Shown: in pieces, positions 25,301-38,324 of the stretch
Numbering within the stretch: the first letter of the stretch is position 1
Layout: the number at the start of each line of letters is the position of its first letter
From: Sarea resinae
Taxonomy: Eukaryota
Assembly: GCA_026026165.1 (NCBI GenBank)
Contig: JAPEUD010000035.1
Span: forward strand, 62,001 to 126,000
DNA: 64,000 nucleotides
Reading direction: 5' to 3'
Program-made: the position numbers and the translations under genes
The notes under the pieces: generated by a model
Seen by the model: only the letters and a program-made list of their open reading frames with translations
Databases searched by the model: none
Told to the model about the DNA's origin: nothing

Positions 25301-25557
25301 TATATCCTGAACAGTCGAACGATAGCCCCCACGACTGTCAAGACACCCAGTATTTGGAAATCGGAGCCCGGTAGTAGTAGGATATCATGGTCAGAAACGC
25401 CATCGGACGTATAGTCCAGAGTCTTTTCCTTCTTGCCCTTCGATTTACCATTTGTGTTGTGTGCCTGGGATCGTGCTGGTGACCGTGCCGGTGATCTGCT
25501 CGATCGACGAGGGGACTTCTCGTTCGCACCAAGACGGGAGGAGCTTCTTGGCGCCAT
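22340..25557 (-). CDS. PMT1: Dolichyl-phosphate-mannose protein O-mannosyltransferase, PMT1 subfamily
   Basis: VVFDEVHFGGFA after splicing 25205-25267, FFMDVHPPLAK, SVKWVGLF, MIR domains (GYLHSH, RRLHSH), RQLFLHHYLPA, long acidic C-terminal tail (IEYRDQDGNILD). Four introns. Confidence 0.95.
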
Positions 25558-26772
25558 TGTGAACTCCGGATGATTTGCTCTGCCCGAACAGCAGTCTCAA
25601 TTATCGAGTGGCCAGTAGGAATTTCTTCGTCACGAAAAAGAAGCGCAGAAGGTGTCCGTCCAGCGCCACACCCTGAGATGCGGCTCGACCAATCCCGGGC
25701 TAGGCGGTCGAGGTGAAAAGACAATTCAAAAAGAGTGACGAGTACAGAATAATAAGGCAATCAAACGGCCAGAGCTGTGAAGGGGGCAATCGTGGTTCAA
25801 AGGCCGTGGTCGAGAGTGTCAATGGATTCGTAGGTGAGATGAGCGAGGGAGAGGCCAGATTTACGAAGCTCCAGACGCGCGCCCAGGGAGGCCAAGCGGC
25901 GTCAATAGTGGCTGATCCTTACGTGGATGGACCATGGATTTGCGAGATTCATGCTTTTCTGGGGGTTTCCAACCCGTCTACTGGATTGATGCATTAGGAA
26001 GCTCCTTTGAAGGTGTTCTCGTTCTACTACGGGATATGATATGAATGCGTGTACTGCCTTGCTTTGTTGGAGCCCATTTGCACTGAGGTGATGCTATTGC
26101 AAGGCAAGGTGTTAGTAGTGTCTCAAAGGTTGCTGTCACTCGCGGCCAGGGCTCCATGTCAGCCAAGGTACGAGGTACGAGATTGAAGGTCGCTTCCATC
26201 GCTCGGCAGAAGCCGCGCGTTTATCCCCCTTTGGTCCCTCGGTCGGTCTCCAGGGCTGTGCTGCGCAGTCCCATTCATGATTCACCAGCGCCGATATATC
26301 ACCTGAACATGTAATAACCAGGGACATGGAACATGGAACAACGTATATGTATGGAGTGGGAACTGGTTTCACCATTATACCTTGACGTTGATGCTGCAGG
26401 GCTGTATCCTTTTCAAATGTACTGCTGTCATTTCCCGTCACTATGTCGAACTTGTATCGTCCTCAAGCAATTTTTGATAGAAACCAAAGCAGTCAAGCCC
26501 GACTGTAAATAATACATCAGACTCGGGACGTAAAGAAGAGGGTGCTCATGCACTATTATATACAGCTGAATATCAACACACTTTCGTATGAGAGAGAGGA
26601 TGGCCTAGCCCCTGAGTATAAAACTAGGACTCTCGGAGGACCCCAAAGATCACTATTGCATGGCCAAGATCAAGGCCGAGACCGAACGCCATCGCCCCCT
26701 TTGCATCCCTTCCCCGACCCAAGAAAGACTCAGCAGATCCATCTCCAATCTCCCGAAAACGATGCCCTGCCC

Positions 26773-28663
26773 CTATCTGGGAGTCTCTTGACCGAATTTC
26801 TCATGAATCCTTCTCAACTGCTCCTCAATATTCATACTCTGCATCTTCGCCTGTGCCGCATCCTTACTCTCAGCCGTCTGTCCGGTCTCGTAATACGTTC
26901 CGGCATTGGCAGCCGCGCGTTTACGTCGGTTGGCCTCTTCCTCCGAGAGGGGGGCGCCGGTGACGCCGTCAAAGACATCGCTGCGTTGGCTAGCGAGTCG
27001 TTTAAGGTTGTTGGCGACGTCTTGCGTAGACAGATTCGTAGTGCTGTGGCGAAGGTCCGATTTCGCGCGTTGCTCTTTCCAGCGGGGGTCCAGAAGCTCG
27101 ACTGGGGATTAAGATGTTAATGGAAGACTCTTTCTGGATATGTTGGGGGAGAGTGGGAGGGCGAATGACTGGCTGGGCCAATTCGGGAGATAAAAACTTA
27201 CTTCGCATGTGCTGATCTAACTCGTCAAATGGTATCTGCTGCTTGCAATTCGGACACAGTGCCATGGCGACATTCTGGCGTCTCGCCTGAGCACGGGGTA
27301 CGTAGTCGTTGCGGATACGCATAGGACCTGGGGCACCCTTTGCCGTCGCTGCGGCTTGCTGGGCGCGTTCACGGGCTTCGGTGCGTTCGCGAATACGTTG
27401 CTCTTCTTCGGTTTCAGTGGCATGAGCGGCAAAGCCAGACGGAGTAGCTTGTGATGGAGGCCCTGGAGAATATGATGGAGTGTATTGGGACTGGGGAGGA
27501 AATGTGGGGGTTGGAGTTTGCGTGGGCGCTGACTGGGGCGTGTAGCTAGAGTTATAGTAGTTGTCTTCTTCGGTTGGCATGGCTTCTTCGATACGCATAT
27601 TGTGGGGTTGGAGAGACATCATTGCCTTTTGCTCCAGAGAGGCGGATTGAAGGTCTGAGAGGGACGTTGGCGCGGGGAGATCAGCTTGGTCGTCAGCGTC
27701 GGTGAAGAGGACCGTTTCAACGACCACGAAGTCGTGCCAGTCGATTTGGCTGTAGGCCACTGCAAGAAGATTTAGTTGGTTTTCGTAGACAAAATCAACC
27801 AGGATAATTGACTCACACTTCTCTTGTTCGGCCTCTTCTTCTTTCTTTTGCTTTTGCTCTTCTTGATACTTGGCCCATTCCGCTCTCTGCTTGGCTCTGT
27901 CTAGCACGTGAAATCTATTTTTGAAATTGCTCTCCAGCTCTGCTATCCTCGCTTTCTCACTCCCACCATCCTCAATCCCACCCGCCCTCAGCAGCTCTGT
28001 ATATTGATCCACGAGACGGCTGAAGAATTGGTATAAGCTGTGCTGCGGACGAAGGAAGTCGAATTGGAAATTCCGCGTCTCGCGCTGAGAAAGGGTCGTC
28101 ATAAACGATCGGCCGTTCTTAGCTACGAATAATGCTGTCAATTTGACCACATCAAGATCCTGCGCATTGATGTTTGGCATGCGCGCCGAAAAATGGAATG
28201 GCGATGGTTCTGGAGGGCCCTTGGGCTTCTCTGGCTCAGCCGGCGCAGCTTCACCAGCGCGTCCCGCAGAGATAGCAGTACCTCTTCCTTCGCGTACTTC
28301 ACTTAATCTCCAATCATAGTAGGGACTGTAGGCGTCGTTTGCGCTGAGGAAAGAGAATTTTGGATTATGTCGCTCCTTTTCACGGATACGATCTGAAGAA
28401 CATCAGAAACAAAGCTTCCTTATCGCGATCGGACTTGGGATCATTACCTTCAAACACAGGACCGTTTCGAGCAACATATCCAGCAGTCTTTTCAACAATA
28501 GCTAGATTCAATATCAGCGCCTGTGCACGCCAATGCGATCAAGTGAGAGTCGAAACCAACCTCGAATATCCTTTGGCGGGAGCACCACACCCGCTGGCGG
28601 CTTGCTCACCTCGTCCAGACCCGGAGTAGCCCCTCGTTCGCCATCAACAGCTGATGGGGCCAT
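26773..28663 (-). CDS. PRP21: Splicing factor 3A subunit 1 (Prp21/SF3A1)
   Basis: Two SURP domains (IVEKTAGYVARNG; VVKLTALFVAKNG..FDFLRPQHSLY), YSQIDWHDFVVVET, CPNCKQQIP..ELLDPRWKEQ; multi-exon. Confidence 0.95.
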
Positions 28664-29010
28664 GATGGCCGTGTGATGAGGATCTGGAAAATGGGGGCAG
28701 TCTACTACTGCAAGTGGATGAGGGAAGTACTTAGGTAGGAAGAGGCCTGTCTGTGATATAATTTCGTATCGTCGTTGCGCTCTACCTACAATACGAGTTG
28801 TTGCCTCATCTTGCTTGAGAAGCATTTATGCCATGCCGTAGAAGTAAAAAGGTATTCGATGTTCGGCGGAGCTTCCCTCGTTCCAGAACTTTAGCTACTA
28901 CAAGGTACCTCAGCTGCTCTCGAAACTCTCCTGATGCTTGCCATCTCCATCTTCGGAGCATAACAGCATCAGCAGTATTGCCAAATTACTTTTACCAGGT
29001 GCCTCCAATA

Positions 29011-30039
29011 ATGGCAGTGAACAGGGTGCTCCGTCGACCGTTGTTCGAATTGGTAGAACAAGCTCCCTCTCGCCTTGTTCCGCGAGGCGCAATTCCCCTC
29101 GTTGCTTCTTCGCGGAGCTTCTCTGTCCTCAACCGGCCCCCGCCAAACTATGAGGGCCATGTCCCGTTGACGCCGCTCGAGCGCACTGCCATGGCTGTCG
29201 GATCATCACTATGGTCATTCTTCGATCCCACACGAGGCGGTATGCTAAGCCTTTCCCGCCCCAAGTTCTCTGAAGGCCACGGCCTGAAATACGCCCCTTC
29301 CACGCAATGCCGCCCTCCCAAGGGAGTCCCAACAGCCATCCCCCCTCCAGAAGGACTAAGCTAATGCATCCTCTTCTACGTACATCTAGACCTCATAGCC
29401 GTCTGTGGCGAAGCAACCGCCACGAACTCCTCCCTGACACGCCTTCGAGACGCCATGCTTGCGGACCCTACGGGCCGCCGCATCCTCCGCGACAAGCCCC
29501 GCATGACTTCGACCTCGCTCTCTCTACCACGGCTACGCTCCCTGTCGGCCAATACGGTCGGCCACACCTACGCCATGTGGCTCGACCGCGAGGGTGTCTC
29601 GCCCGACACCCGCGCCGCTGTGCGCTACATTGACGACCCGGAACTGGCATACGTCATGCAGCGGTACCGCGAATGCCACGATTTCTACCACGCGCTGACA
29701 GGCCTGCCGATCGTCCGAGAGGGCGAGGTGGCGCTCAAGGCGTTTGAGTTCGCCAATACGGGACTGCCGATGCCCGGCCTGAGCATGTTTGCAGTGTTCA
29801 CTTGCAAGAAAGCTGAGAGGCAGCGCTTCTGGAGTATCTATGGCCCCTGGGCGCTTCAGAATGGCGCTCGCGCCAAGGAGGTCCTGAATGTCTATTGGGA
29901 GGAGCAGTTCGAGCGCGATGTCGATGAATTGAGGGAGGAGTTGAACATTCAGAAACCGCCGGACCTGAGGGAGATCAGGCGGCTGGCGAGAGAGCAGAGA
30001 AGGGCAGCGAAGAGAGCGAGAGAGGAGATGGCTGTTTGA
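29011..30039 (+). CDS. COQ4: Ubiquinone biosynthesis protein Coq4
   Basis: [40 protein letters not shown] (HDxxH..E motif); intron 29240-29389. Confidence 0.96.
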
Positions 30040-30360
30040 GCTCGGACGAGTCCGGACGGGCCTTGCGAGTGGAGTAGAAAAGGCTGGCGAAAGAGAAAAG
30101 AACGAACAGGTGGTGGATATGTCATACCATCATATCGCGCGGTATAGGGGTCAAGCAAGTAAGCGAGGCATGGGTAGGCGTTTCTATGGAGTATTAAGGA
30201 AATGGGATTCGGAAGGAGTCAGATGTGAGCATCGGTGGTCTCTCTCTTCTCTCCTTATATATCCCCTATCAAAAGTCAGAAAAGCATCAGAGCAAAATCC
30301 ACTCCACAAAACTCCACCCAATGCATGCGAGCGTGCGTAGCTATTCAAACAAGTTCCCTC

Positions 30361-31142
30361 CTATAAATCCAACAGATCATCATCGTCATCGTCCCACCCA
30401 CTGCGCCCACCCTTCCTCGTAATCACAATGCCCTTTTCCTCCTCCCTCTCCTTCTCAGCCACAGCCCCCAATATATCCTTCAGCTGATCCTCGTTGACCT
30501 TCTGACGGAGCTGACCCGAACGCGCCAGCATGATCAATCTGTTCTCGACGTCCGTGGCGCGCGATTCTTTGACCAGTCGGATCCGGCCCAGCCGGTCGGC
30601 CGCGTCAGGCGTGAGGATTTGCAAGAGGATGGAGGCGCGTGCTTCGGCTGATGGAGAGCGGTGGTCATGTCAGTAGGCATTGTTGTTGATGTTTTCAAGG
30701 AAGAGGTAGTCAGATAGAGTGAAAAAAGAAGAGAGAAGAAACATGGATGACGGTGGGGCGGGGTGAGGCCTGACCTTCTTGTTGTCTATTTTTTTCGCAA
30801 AAGAGAAAAACCCGGCATGTTAGATGTTTCGACCACAATTCGCCCAAATCCTTGATCGCAAATCGCACAGCCCAAAGTGTAGCGGCGCGGATTGACTTAC
30901 TTCCTCTCTTCTTGCTGTCCTTCGTCGGCCCCACCGCCTCTCCCTCCGCCACTGCCGGCTTGCGCCTGTAACTGCGCCAACCGGGCCTTTCGGATCTGGA
31001 GCAGAGTGGCAGCTTCGTGTCAGTTTGCGTCTGTGTTGAGGTTGAGATTCGCCCTAACAAGTCCGCGCGGGGCCTGGGGAGGGGAATGGGGCGAAGGGAA
31101 AGTCGAAGGATCACGTACCTGTTCCAGCTCGGCGTCGGCCAT
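30361..31142 (-). CDS. PDCD5/Sdd2 dsDNA-binding domain protein
   Basis: MADAELEQIRKARLAQLQ..ILTPDAADRLGRIRLVK..VENRLIMLARSGQL; four exons including an 11-nt microexon at 30775-30785. Confidence 0.92.
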
Positions 31143-32773
31143 GGTTTTGTTTGTCTCTGTTTGTGATATGTGTATGTGTAAGTGCCTGTGTATGTAGGAT
31201 TGTGGATGGTGGGGTTTGCGTTTTGTGTTGCGATACTGAGATGGGTGGGGTGGTGTTTGTGTGTGGACACCTAGCCGCCTAATGCGCCACTTCCGGTTCC
31301 CTTTCTCGCAACGCCCGACCAGTGCTAACGTTGATTTTCCAATGTCAACGATTTTACCTCTATTCTCACATGAAATGCACTTACTGTCAGTGAATCAGCA
31401 TTCCTCGCTTTCTCCACGTAATTCTTCAATGAGTCCTGGAGCCCAGTAAATTCTGGCATGTCTCATGGAGCGTTCCAGTTGAGTCCACGCAGTTGGATAT
31501 TGTGCTTGAAGCATGAAATATATAGGTTCATGATTCGCTTGCCTGTCTGTGAGCTAGGTATACCAACCCGCTTGAACCGCCAGACTTCTTTTAATTATTT
31601 TTCAGCATCTCCAATATCTTGAATACCCTGAGCTTTTCTGTTTGCTTGTTGCTTCCCCCTCTCTCTATCATTACTTTCCTATAAGATCTGCTGAACAAAA
31701 GCCGAAATCAATAAGCCGTACTTAATAAAGTATGTTCACAGCCTTACAGAGGCTATCAGCATAGTCCGTCATGTACAGTGACAGTATATGTTCAAATTAT
31801 ATAACTACCAAGATATACACGACAATTATAGCAAATGCTTACAAGGTTCTATATCCAAACCGCTGAAGATACCGCTTTCTCTTTCCGCAGGCTGAATCTC
31901 GAGCCAAATCTGGCCTGGGAAGCCCTGCTGCTGACCACGCTCGACGTCCCAGCTGCCACCTGGGTCGTGGACATCAACCGTCTGCTTGGAGGAGTTCCGG
32001 CGCGCCGGCCAGGTCTGGCTCTTGACAGTGGATATGCTAAGGTCACACCGAATCGGGTCCTTCTTGTCATGGACTTTCGGTCTGAAATCGGGTTTGAGCG
32101 GTCTGACGGGCTACGAGCAGGAGAGTTGGTGTCATATATCTGCCACTGACCAAGTTTGCATGTCTACAGACTTGATTAAAGTGGCATTGGATTGGGTTCG
32201 GCCTGCTATAGCTCTGGATCCAGAGGCTAGAATTTTGTACAGGCAGGAAGGAGTTTAAGTTAGGAAGGTTGGATGGTAAGATACCCACGACGCCGCCTCT
32301 TCTCGTCGGGGTCGGATTTATCCCCACGTATCTGAATTCAGTGCTTCAAGCTCTTATTATACTTATAGCTGTTCCTTACCTCGTTTTTGCCATGTGCTCC
32401 TCTATCATTGCCTAAGATACAATAGCAATATACAGGACAAATGTGAAAAAGGTCATGCCAATTTTCCGGATCAGTAGAGAAGTAAATCCACACTAATAAC
32501 AACCATCCGCCTCCAGCTGCTTCGGATCACCATCTAGCCGCCTAACCCAGTCAATTTTATCAGATGGACATGGGCAAATATTTCTGAGCGACACGAGTAG
32601 ATAAGATAGGTTAGTGCTTAAAGTGGTACAAGAACTTTGTACCCACCGCGACGCGCTTCGCGACTTCTCCTGTAGCTTTCACGCGTAACTTCCTCGAACA
32701 GACAGAAACCTCCACCTGGAAACAGGACTTATAGAAAGCGCGCAACTCTCGATCCTCTCCAAAAACAAGTGCA

Positions 32774-34310
32774 ATGTCTGCCGAGCCAGATCTTCCGCCC
32801 CTTCCTTCAGGAGACAGGGACCCTCCGCGTGCTTTCAAACTCGACCGCAAGCGCGCACTGGAGGACAACATCACCACCTCCAGCGACCCGCCACTATTCT
32901 CCAGTGACGACTTGCCCAACGCCTCTGTCGAGAACTATTCTCATGGGCAGCGGAAACGACAGTATCGTGGGACGTGGTGGGGAGAGGAGGTCCGGCCTAC
33001 AGGCAGACGCGAATTCAAGAGGAACCTCGACAGCGGAGTATGGATGAGCGAAGGGACAGACATTAGCTCTGATCCGCAACTTGAGGAATTGGATTTCCCT
33101 GGACCTCATCACTTCGGGCTTCCGGTTGTCAGGACCGCGTCTGAGGGTGAGACTGGGGATTCGCATTCGCCAAGAGGTGCTGCTGTGGATATCGCAAGTC
33201 CGTCTGCAGAGACATCACAGGAACATAATAATGCAGCCACGGATAGTCCCGAACGACGCGCGGAGCAGATAATACAGACATGTGTAGAGAATGGACAGGA
33301 ACACATCGATCTCTCGTAGGTACATCATCGCCATGAAGCCATGCATCTAACAGATTCAAAGAGGCCTCCAACTTACCTCCCTCTCGAGCGACATCATCAA
33401 ACCTCTTCATTACCTGACAGTACAGCCGAAATTCGAAGATTATCCCTCAGATTCGGATTCAGACTCGGACTTCTACAGTCCCCTTACCCCTTCCCTAACT
33501 ATCGACCTTTCAGGAAATCAGCTGCGAACAATACCTAGGGAGATATTCGCTCTTGAGAACCTCGAGGCGCTGAACGTGTCCGGAAATCAGCTCACAGAAC
33601 TCCCATCAGGATTCGGCAGGTTCGACATACGGCTCAATGTATCGTCGAACCAACTGCGTTGGCTATCTCACGACATGAAAATGAAAATGAACAACGATAT
33701 GAGCAAAATGACCCTTGCTTCCAATCCTTTCCTCGCGCCATTACCCTCGAGTCAATCAGACCTGCAAGGGTCCACATCCGAGCATGCTCTGCCCGTACAA
33801 CATAATAAAGATAACGCTCCGGCATTCGTTGCGTCAACTCAGGTGGCGTTCCTTAACGTAGACGGCTCTCGACATCGCTCATCGCCTATCCCACCCTCTT
33901 GGATCGTGGGTCATTGTCTCGAGACTCAACGGGAAGATCACGAGGCTAGTCTTCCTGACGAGCCTCCTTCCCAAGCTCCTTCGTTGCTAGAGCTCACGCT
34001 CCGTGGTTGTTCTCGCTCATCGAATCTACATCAGCTACCAGACCTCCTAGGGCCCGAAGCCCCGCTTTCCGTGATCCGCCACCTACAAAGGACAGCTGCC
34101 ATCAAGGAAGCTGGTGGACAATCGTGTGCGGCATGTGGAAAGAGCTTTGAAATACCTCGGACTGAATGGATCGAGTGGTACGATTATGCATCTCAGGACG
34201 ATCCTGCAAAAGAACCCAGCAGGATAAGAGTGCCATTGCTGCACCGAGGCTGTAGCTGGAGATGCCTCCCCCTTTCAGGGCAATCATCGTCTCATTGTAG
34301 CCGTCAATGA
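32774..34310 (+). CDS. Leucine-rich-repeat protein with a C-terminal BC-box-like and Cys motif (LRRC58-like architecture)
   Basis: Intron 33316-33361. LRRs IDLSGLQL, IDLSGNQLRTIP, LNVSGNQLTELP, LNVSSNQLRWL, LASNPF; tail PSLLELTLR..CAAC..VPLLHRGCSWRC. Confidence 0.8.
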
Positions 34311-34781
34311 TCTAGTGCGGTGGGTGTTGAGGATATAGCTATGCTGTGTTGAGTATTTTCGCATTTTGTATGGTGAATGTAAAGTTGCTTCGTTCGCTTT
34401 CGAATCATATTTCATTGATAGCGAACTTTAGATGAGCCAATCTCGTACATATTGGGTAGAGCATATTGAACATTAGTATCCAACGAGAAGAAAATGTCCT
34501 GTCGGCAGAAGTCGTGATGCAGTAACCAAATCCATGTTCGATCTGAGATCAAAGATACGAAGTACGTCGTCATCGAACTAGGCGAGAGCCCAAGCCCTAA
34601 GCCCTTAGCGCAACAAAAGGTTCGCCTCACACGAGCCCCACCCAAGGAATTCGTTACCGACCGACGTCGATTGTCCTTGTTGCCACCAACCGCGAGATCC
34701 ATCCACTCTTTTATCCATCGACAATCCGTCAAATCATCGAAAAACGATATCAGAGTCAGGTCACCAGACAAGTTTTTCAAG

Positions 34782-35319
34782 ATGGTAAGATTTCTCTTTT
34801 CTCCCGGCGCAACATTTCCACTGCATCTCAAGGGGCACGCTTCGAAAATCAATGCGCTGAGCACACGACACGAGCATTGCCGCCGAGCACACGACATGAG
34901 CGAGACCACGAGTGGCGCATCAGAGACTCAGTTGATGCACTGTGTTATGTTTGAGAGATGTTGGGGAATGTGTCGAGATAGAAAATGATGGACAGCTGCT
35001 AATTCGATGGATTTCAGGTTCTCGCCGTTGATCTCCTCAACCCCACGCCTCAGGCTGAGGCCCGCAAGCACAAGCTGAAGGTAGGCCCTCGATCGCCACC
35101 ATATCTATCGAAAGCCATCTGATTCTCAATTCACAGACCCTCGTGCCCGCTCCCCGATCCTTCTTCATGGACGTCAAGTGCCCCGGCTGCTTCACCATCA
35201 CCACCGTCTTCTCACACGCACAGACTGTCGTCATCTGCGGAGGCTGCTCAACTGTGCTTTGCCAGCCGACCGGAGGCAAGGCCCGTCTAACTGAGGGTTG
35301 CTCTTTCCGGAGAAAGTAG
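34782..35319 (+). CDS. RPS27: 40S ribosomal protein S27 (eS27); not in ORF track
   Basis: Exons 34782-34784 (ATG only), 35018-35080, 35137-35319: [44 protein letters not shown]. Confidence 0.97.
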
Positions 35320-36475
35320 ACTTTTCGTGATGAAGGTTTCCGCTGGCGGTGTGGAGATAGTCGATATGGGTGACAGGAATTGGATGGGGTGACACTTGGG
35401 GGGCTTCTTCTTACTACGATCTCATCAAGAATCACAATTCCCCGACCGTCGGACGTTTTCGAGCGAATGAATGTTCGCCTTTCACTTATCCATTTCATTG
35501 TTCCATGCATGATAGAAGATGGATTATTCTTTTCTTCATCGAAAAGCTAAAGCTTGGGCTTTGTTCAGCTTGTCCCTAAAAGAAAGAAATGAGGAGTTCC
35601 GGATATCTTGCACTTGATCAATCAATCAATCAATCAACCATCAACTATCAACTATCAACCGCCCCTGCCATGTGGGCCAACTTACACATTGACAGTAGTG
35701 ACGGCTCCGAGCTTGCCACTCATACCGTGCATAGTAGTGATGACGTCCGCATTCCGCCATGCTCGTGAGACTAGCTACATGCCACTCGCTTCCTCTTCAC
35801 ACCGGTTGATTGCTTGCCTTTGTTTGCTCTATATGCTTTTCATAAAAGTTATCGTGTTATTATCAAAAGTCAGTCTTGTATGTGATTGAATAATTATCAT
35901 CTTGTGTCTTACCCGCTTGCTTCTATTTTGATGAAAATCCAATCATTTGTTATTTGCCCGGGAGCTAGCAACGCGGATTGTGCGAATTTCAAGGTTGCTC
36001 TCCTTTTTCCTACATGTACCTTACTGGTTTTATTTCCGCGATAATAATTATTAGGAAAGTAAAAAATAGGAACTTGTGCACTCTTCAGACTGTTGTCACA
36101 CTGAGAGACTTGCAAGGGTCGTGCTTTTCTGAGATGATCCATTGCGGCTATAGGGAATTACTCCTTAATAGACCTGCTCCAAAACCATGGCGGAAGGTAT
36201 ATATCGTGAGCTGTGAAATGTGCTTCTCTGATTTAGGATTCTTCATCAAGTGCGACTTTTCTTTCGTAAGCCTTTTTGCTGTTGGCTTGCTTTGCCGACA
36301 AAATATCATACGTGGAATCGGCGTCAAAAGGATATTCAACGATGACCATATACGAGAAAATAAGGAGATCAATTAAGGCCCCAGCATCACACAGTCGTCT
36401 AGAAACCGCTCATCACGCGTGGAGCGCCGGGAACGCCAAAGTACGGACACCACCCAATAGAAGGAAAGGAAATCA

Positions 36476-37228
36476 TTATCGCAGCCGCACTCCAATCTCC
36501 AACATACTCGTCTTCCTGACGCGAGTCTCCGGTAGCTCTTCCTCTTCCTCTTCGCTCCCACCTTTGCCGTCTCCACCCTTGTCCTGAGCTCTATCTTTCC
36601 GCACCTCCTTGTCTCTCCCTCCATTCTTTCTTTTCTTTCCCTCCATGACATCATCCACAGTCCCCACACCGCCTGTGCGAATCCGCACAGCGCAATCCTC
36701 CTCGCCCTGGAAAAAGAGACCCAGCTTCAGTGCCTTTTCAATCGCTTTCCCTGTCGCTTTGATCATAACTTCTTCCCCTTCCACTCCATCCTTGTCTTTC
36801 CCTCCTAGAAACCCACTCGTGCCGCTTCCAGATGGGATCTCGGCGAGCTTGGTCGCTGAGGATTTGTTGCCATTCCTGTTGTTGCTTTTGCCCTCGTGCA
36901 GGAGCGAGATATCTTTGCCCATAGCTCGCTTATCGATTTGGGCGAGCAGACCGCGCACGCGCTTGACGGCGCTGATGAAGGGCGTGGAGGTGGATATGTA
37001 GACGACTTTTGGGAAACGAGCGCTGGTGTAGGGAGAGGGGATGGCGGGATGTAGGAGAGGACGCTTTTGGACGCGGGCATCTGTGAGGGAATAAGATGTG
37101 TTAGTTGCGAGTTGTGCGCAATGGTTTTCGGAGGAATTGGAATGGAACGAAAGGTATCAGGAGGGAGACGGACGTTGGGGAAGACGAGGCAATTTCCGGA
37201 TCTTCTCTTTGGAGACTGGAGGTGACAT
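36476..37228 (-). CDS. POP7: RNase P/MRP subunit Pop7 (Rpp20, Alba-like)
   Basis: VYISTSTPFISAVKRVR, IKATGKAIEKAL, VRIRTGGVGTVDD, RVRKTSMLEIGV; intron 37081-37173. Confidence 0.88.
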
Positions 37229-37535
37229 TGTAGAGAGATAAGGACGCGTGGGTGTGTTGCACCGCACCGCTCCACTGCTTTCGAGGCGTTGAGACGGGGA
37301 TTCTTGATGCTTGTCGAACGGCGATGTGAATTGGGTCAATCGAGCGAGCGACCCGGCAAAATCCTTCTTACGCGACGACTTGCGTCTCACCGCCTTCGGA
37401 CCGCCCAAACCCTCCTATATCGTCACTCCATTTTCATGAATTCAATGGAAGCGCGATAATGAAGTCACAAGGTCAACAGTGTGCTGCTACTTTTTCGAGT
37501 CCTCCCGAACCCTCAAACCCTCTAGAACACATACA

Positions 37536-38324
37536 ATGCGTCTCCGCCACCTCCATCTTCCAGGCCTGACATCCTACACCCACGCCTCCCGCCTCCAAGA
37601 CATCCTCGTAGCCTCCCTCCTCGCCCACAAATACCCCGAACCGGCCCCCGCCAACCCCTCATCCTCATCCTCAGTCTCCAAAACACCATCCTCATCGCCA
37701 GCGCCAGACCCCACGATCATCACTGCGCAATTCCACCCTGTCTACACCTGCGGCCGACGTGAAGTGAATACCGTGTCCGAGGAACAAAAGGCCTACCTGC
37801 GCTCCACGGGGGCCGAATTCCACCCGGCCCTGCGCGGCGGCCAAACCACTTTCCATGGGCCGGGCCAACTGATCGCCTATCCGATCCTCGATCTCCGCCG
37901 ACACGGTCTCTCCCCCCGCAACCACGTCTGTTTGCTGGAGAAGACCCTTATAGCTACGTGTGCCAGGTATGGCATTCAGGGGTTTACGACCGAGAACCCG
38001 GGCGTGTGGGTGAGTGACGAGAAGAAGATTGCGGCGCTGGGCGTGCATGTGAGACGCGGCATGACGAGCCATGGAGTGGGGCTTAATGTGAACACGGATT
38101 TGGACTGGTTCAAACATATTGTGGCCTGTGGGCTTGTGGGGAAGAGTACGACGAATTTCCGAAGTGAAGGGGTTGAGGGAGTGGAGGTAGAGAGCGTGGG
38201 AGAGGGATTTGTTGAGGAGATAGCGAGGAGGCTGGAGGGGGTCGAGGGAGTAGTTGGGGTAAGTGAGGCAGAAGTTTTGAGAGAGGCGGAGGACATGGGA
38301 GTGGGAATTGAGGTAAGGATGTGA
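37536..38324 (+). CDS. LIP2: Mitochondrial octanoyltransferase (LipB)
   Basis: HPVYTCGRR, RGGQTTFHGPGQLIAYP, KKIAALGVHVRR, SHGVGLN, IVACG; intronless. Confidence 0.96.
   Translation: MRLRHLHLPGLTSYTHASRLQDILVASLLAHKYPEPAPANPSSSSSVSKTPSSSPAPDPTIITAQFHPVYTCGRREVNTVSEEQKAYLRSTGAEFHPALRGGQTTFHGPGQLIAYPILDLRRHGLSPRNHVCLLEKTLIATCARYGIQGFTTENPGVWVSDEKKIAALGVHVRRGMTSHGVGLNVNTDLDWFKHIVACGLVGKSTTNFRSEGVEGVEVESVGEGFVEEIARRLEGVEGVVGVSEAEVLREAEDMGVGIEVRM

Noticed and set aside
31450..32600. AT-rich spacer with short ORFs between PDCD5 and the LRR gene
   Set aside because: Could be a relic, but no frame gives a recognisable domain and no terminal repeats were found.
34785..35017. Intronic snoRNA in the long first intron of RPS27
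   Set aside because: No paired C (RTGATGA) and D (CTGA) boxes or clear H/ACA structure found.
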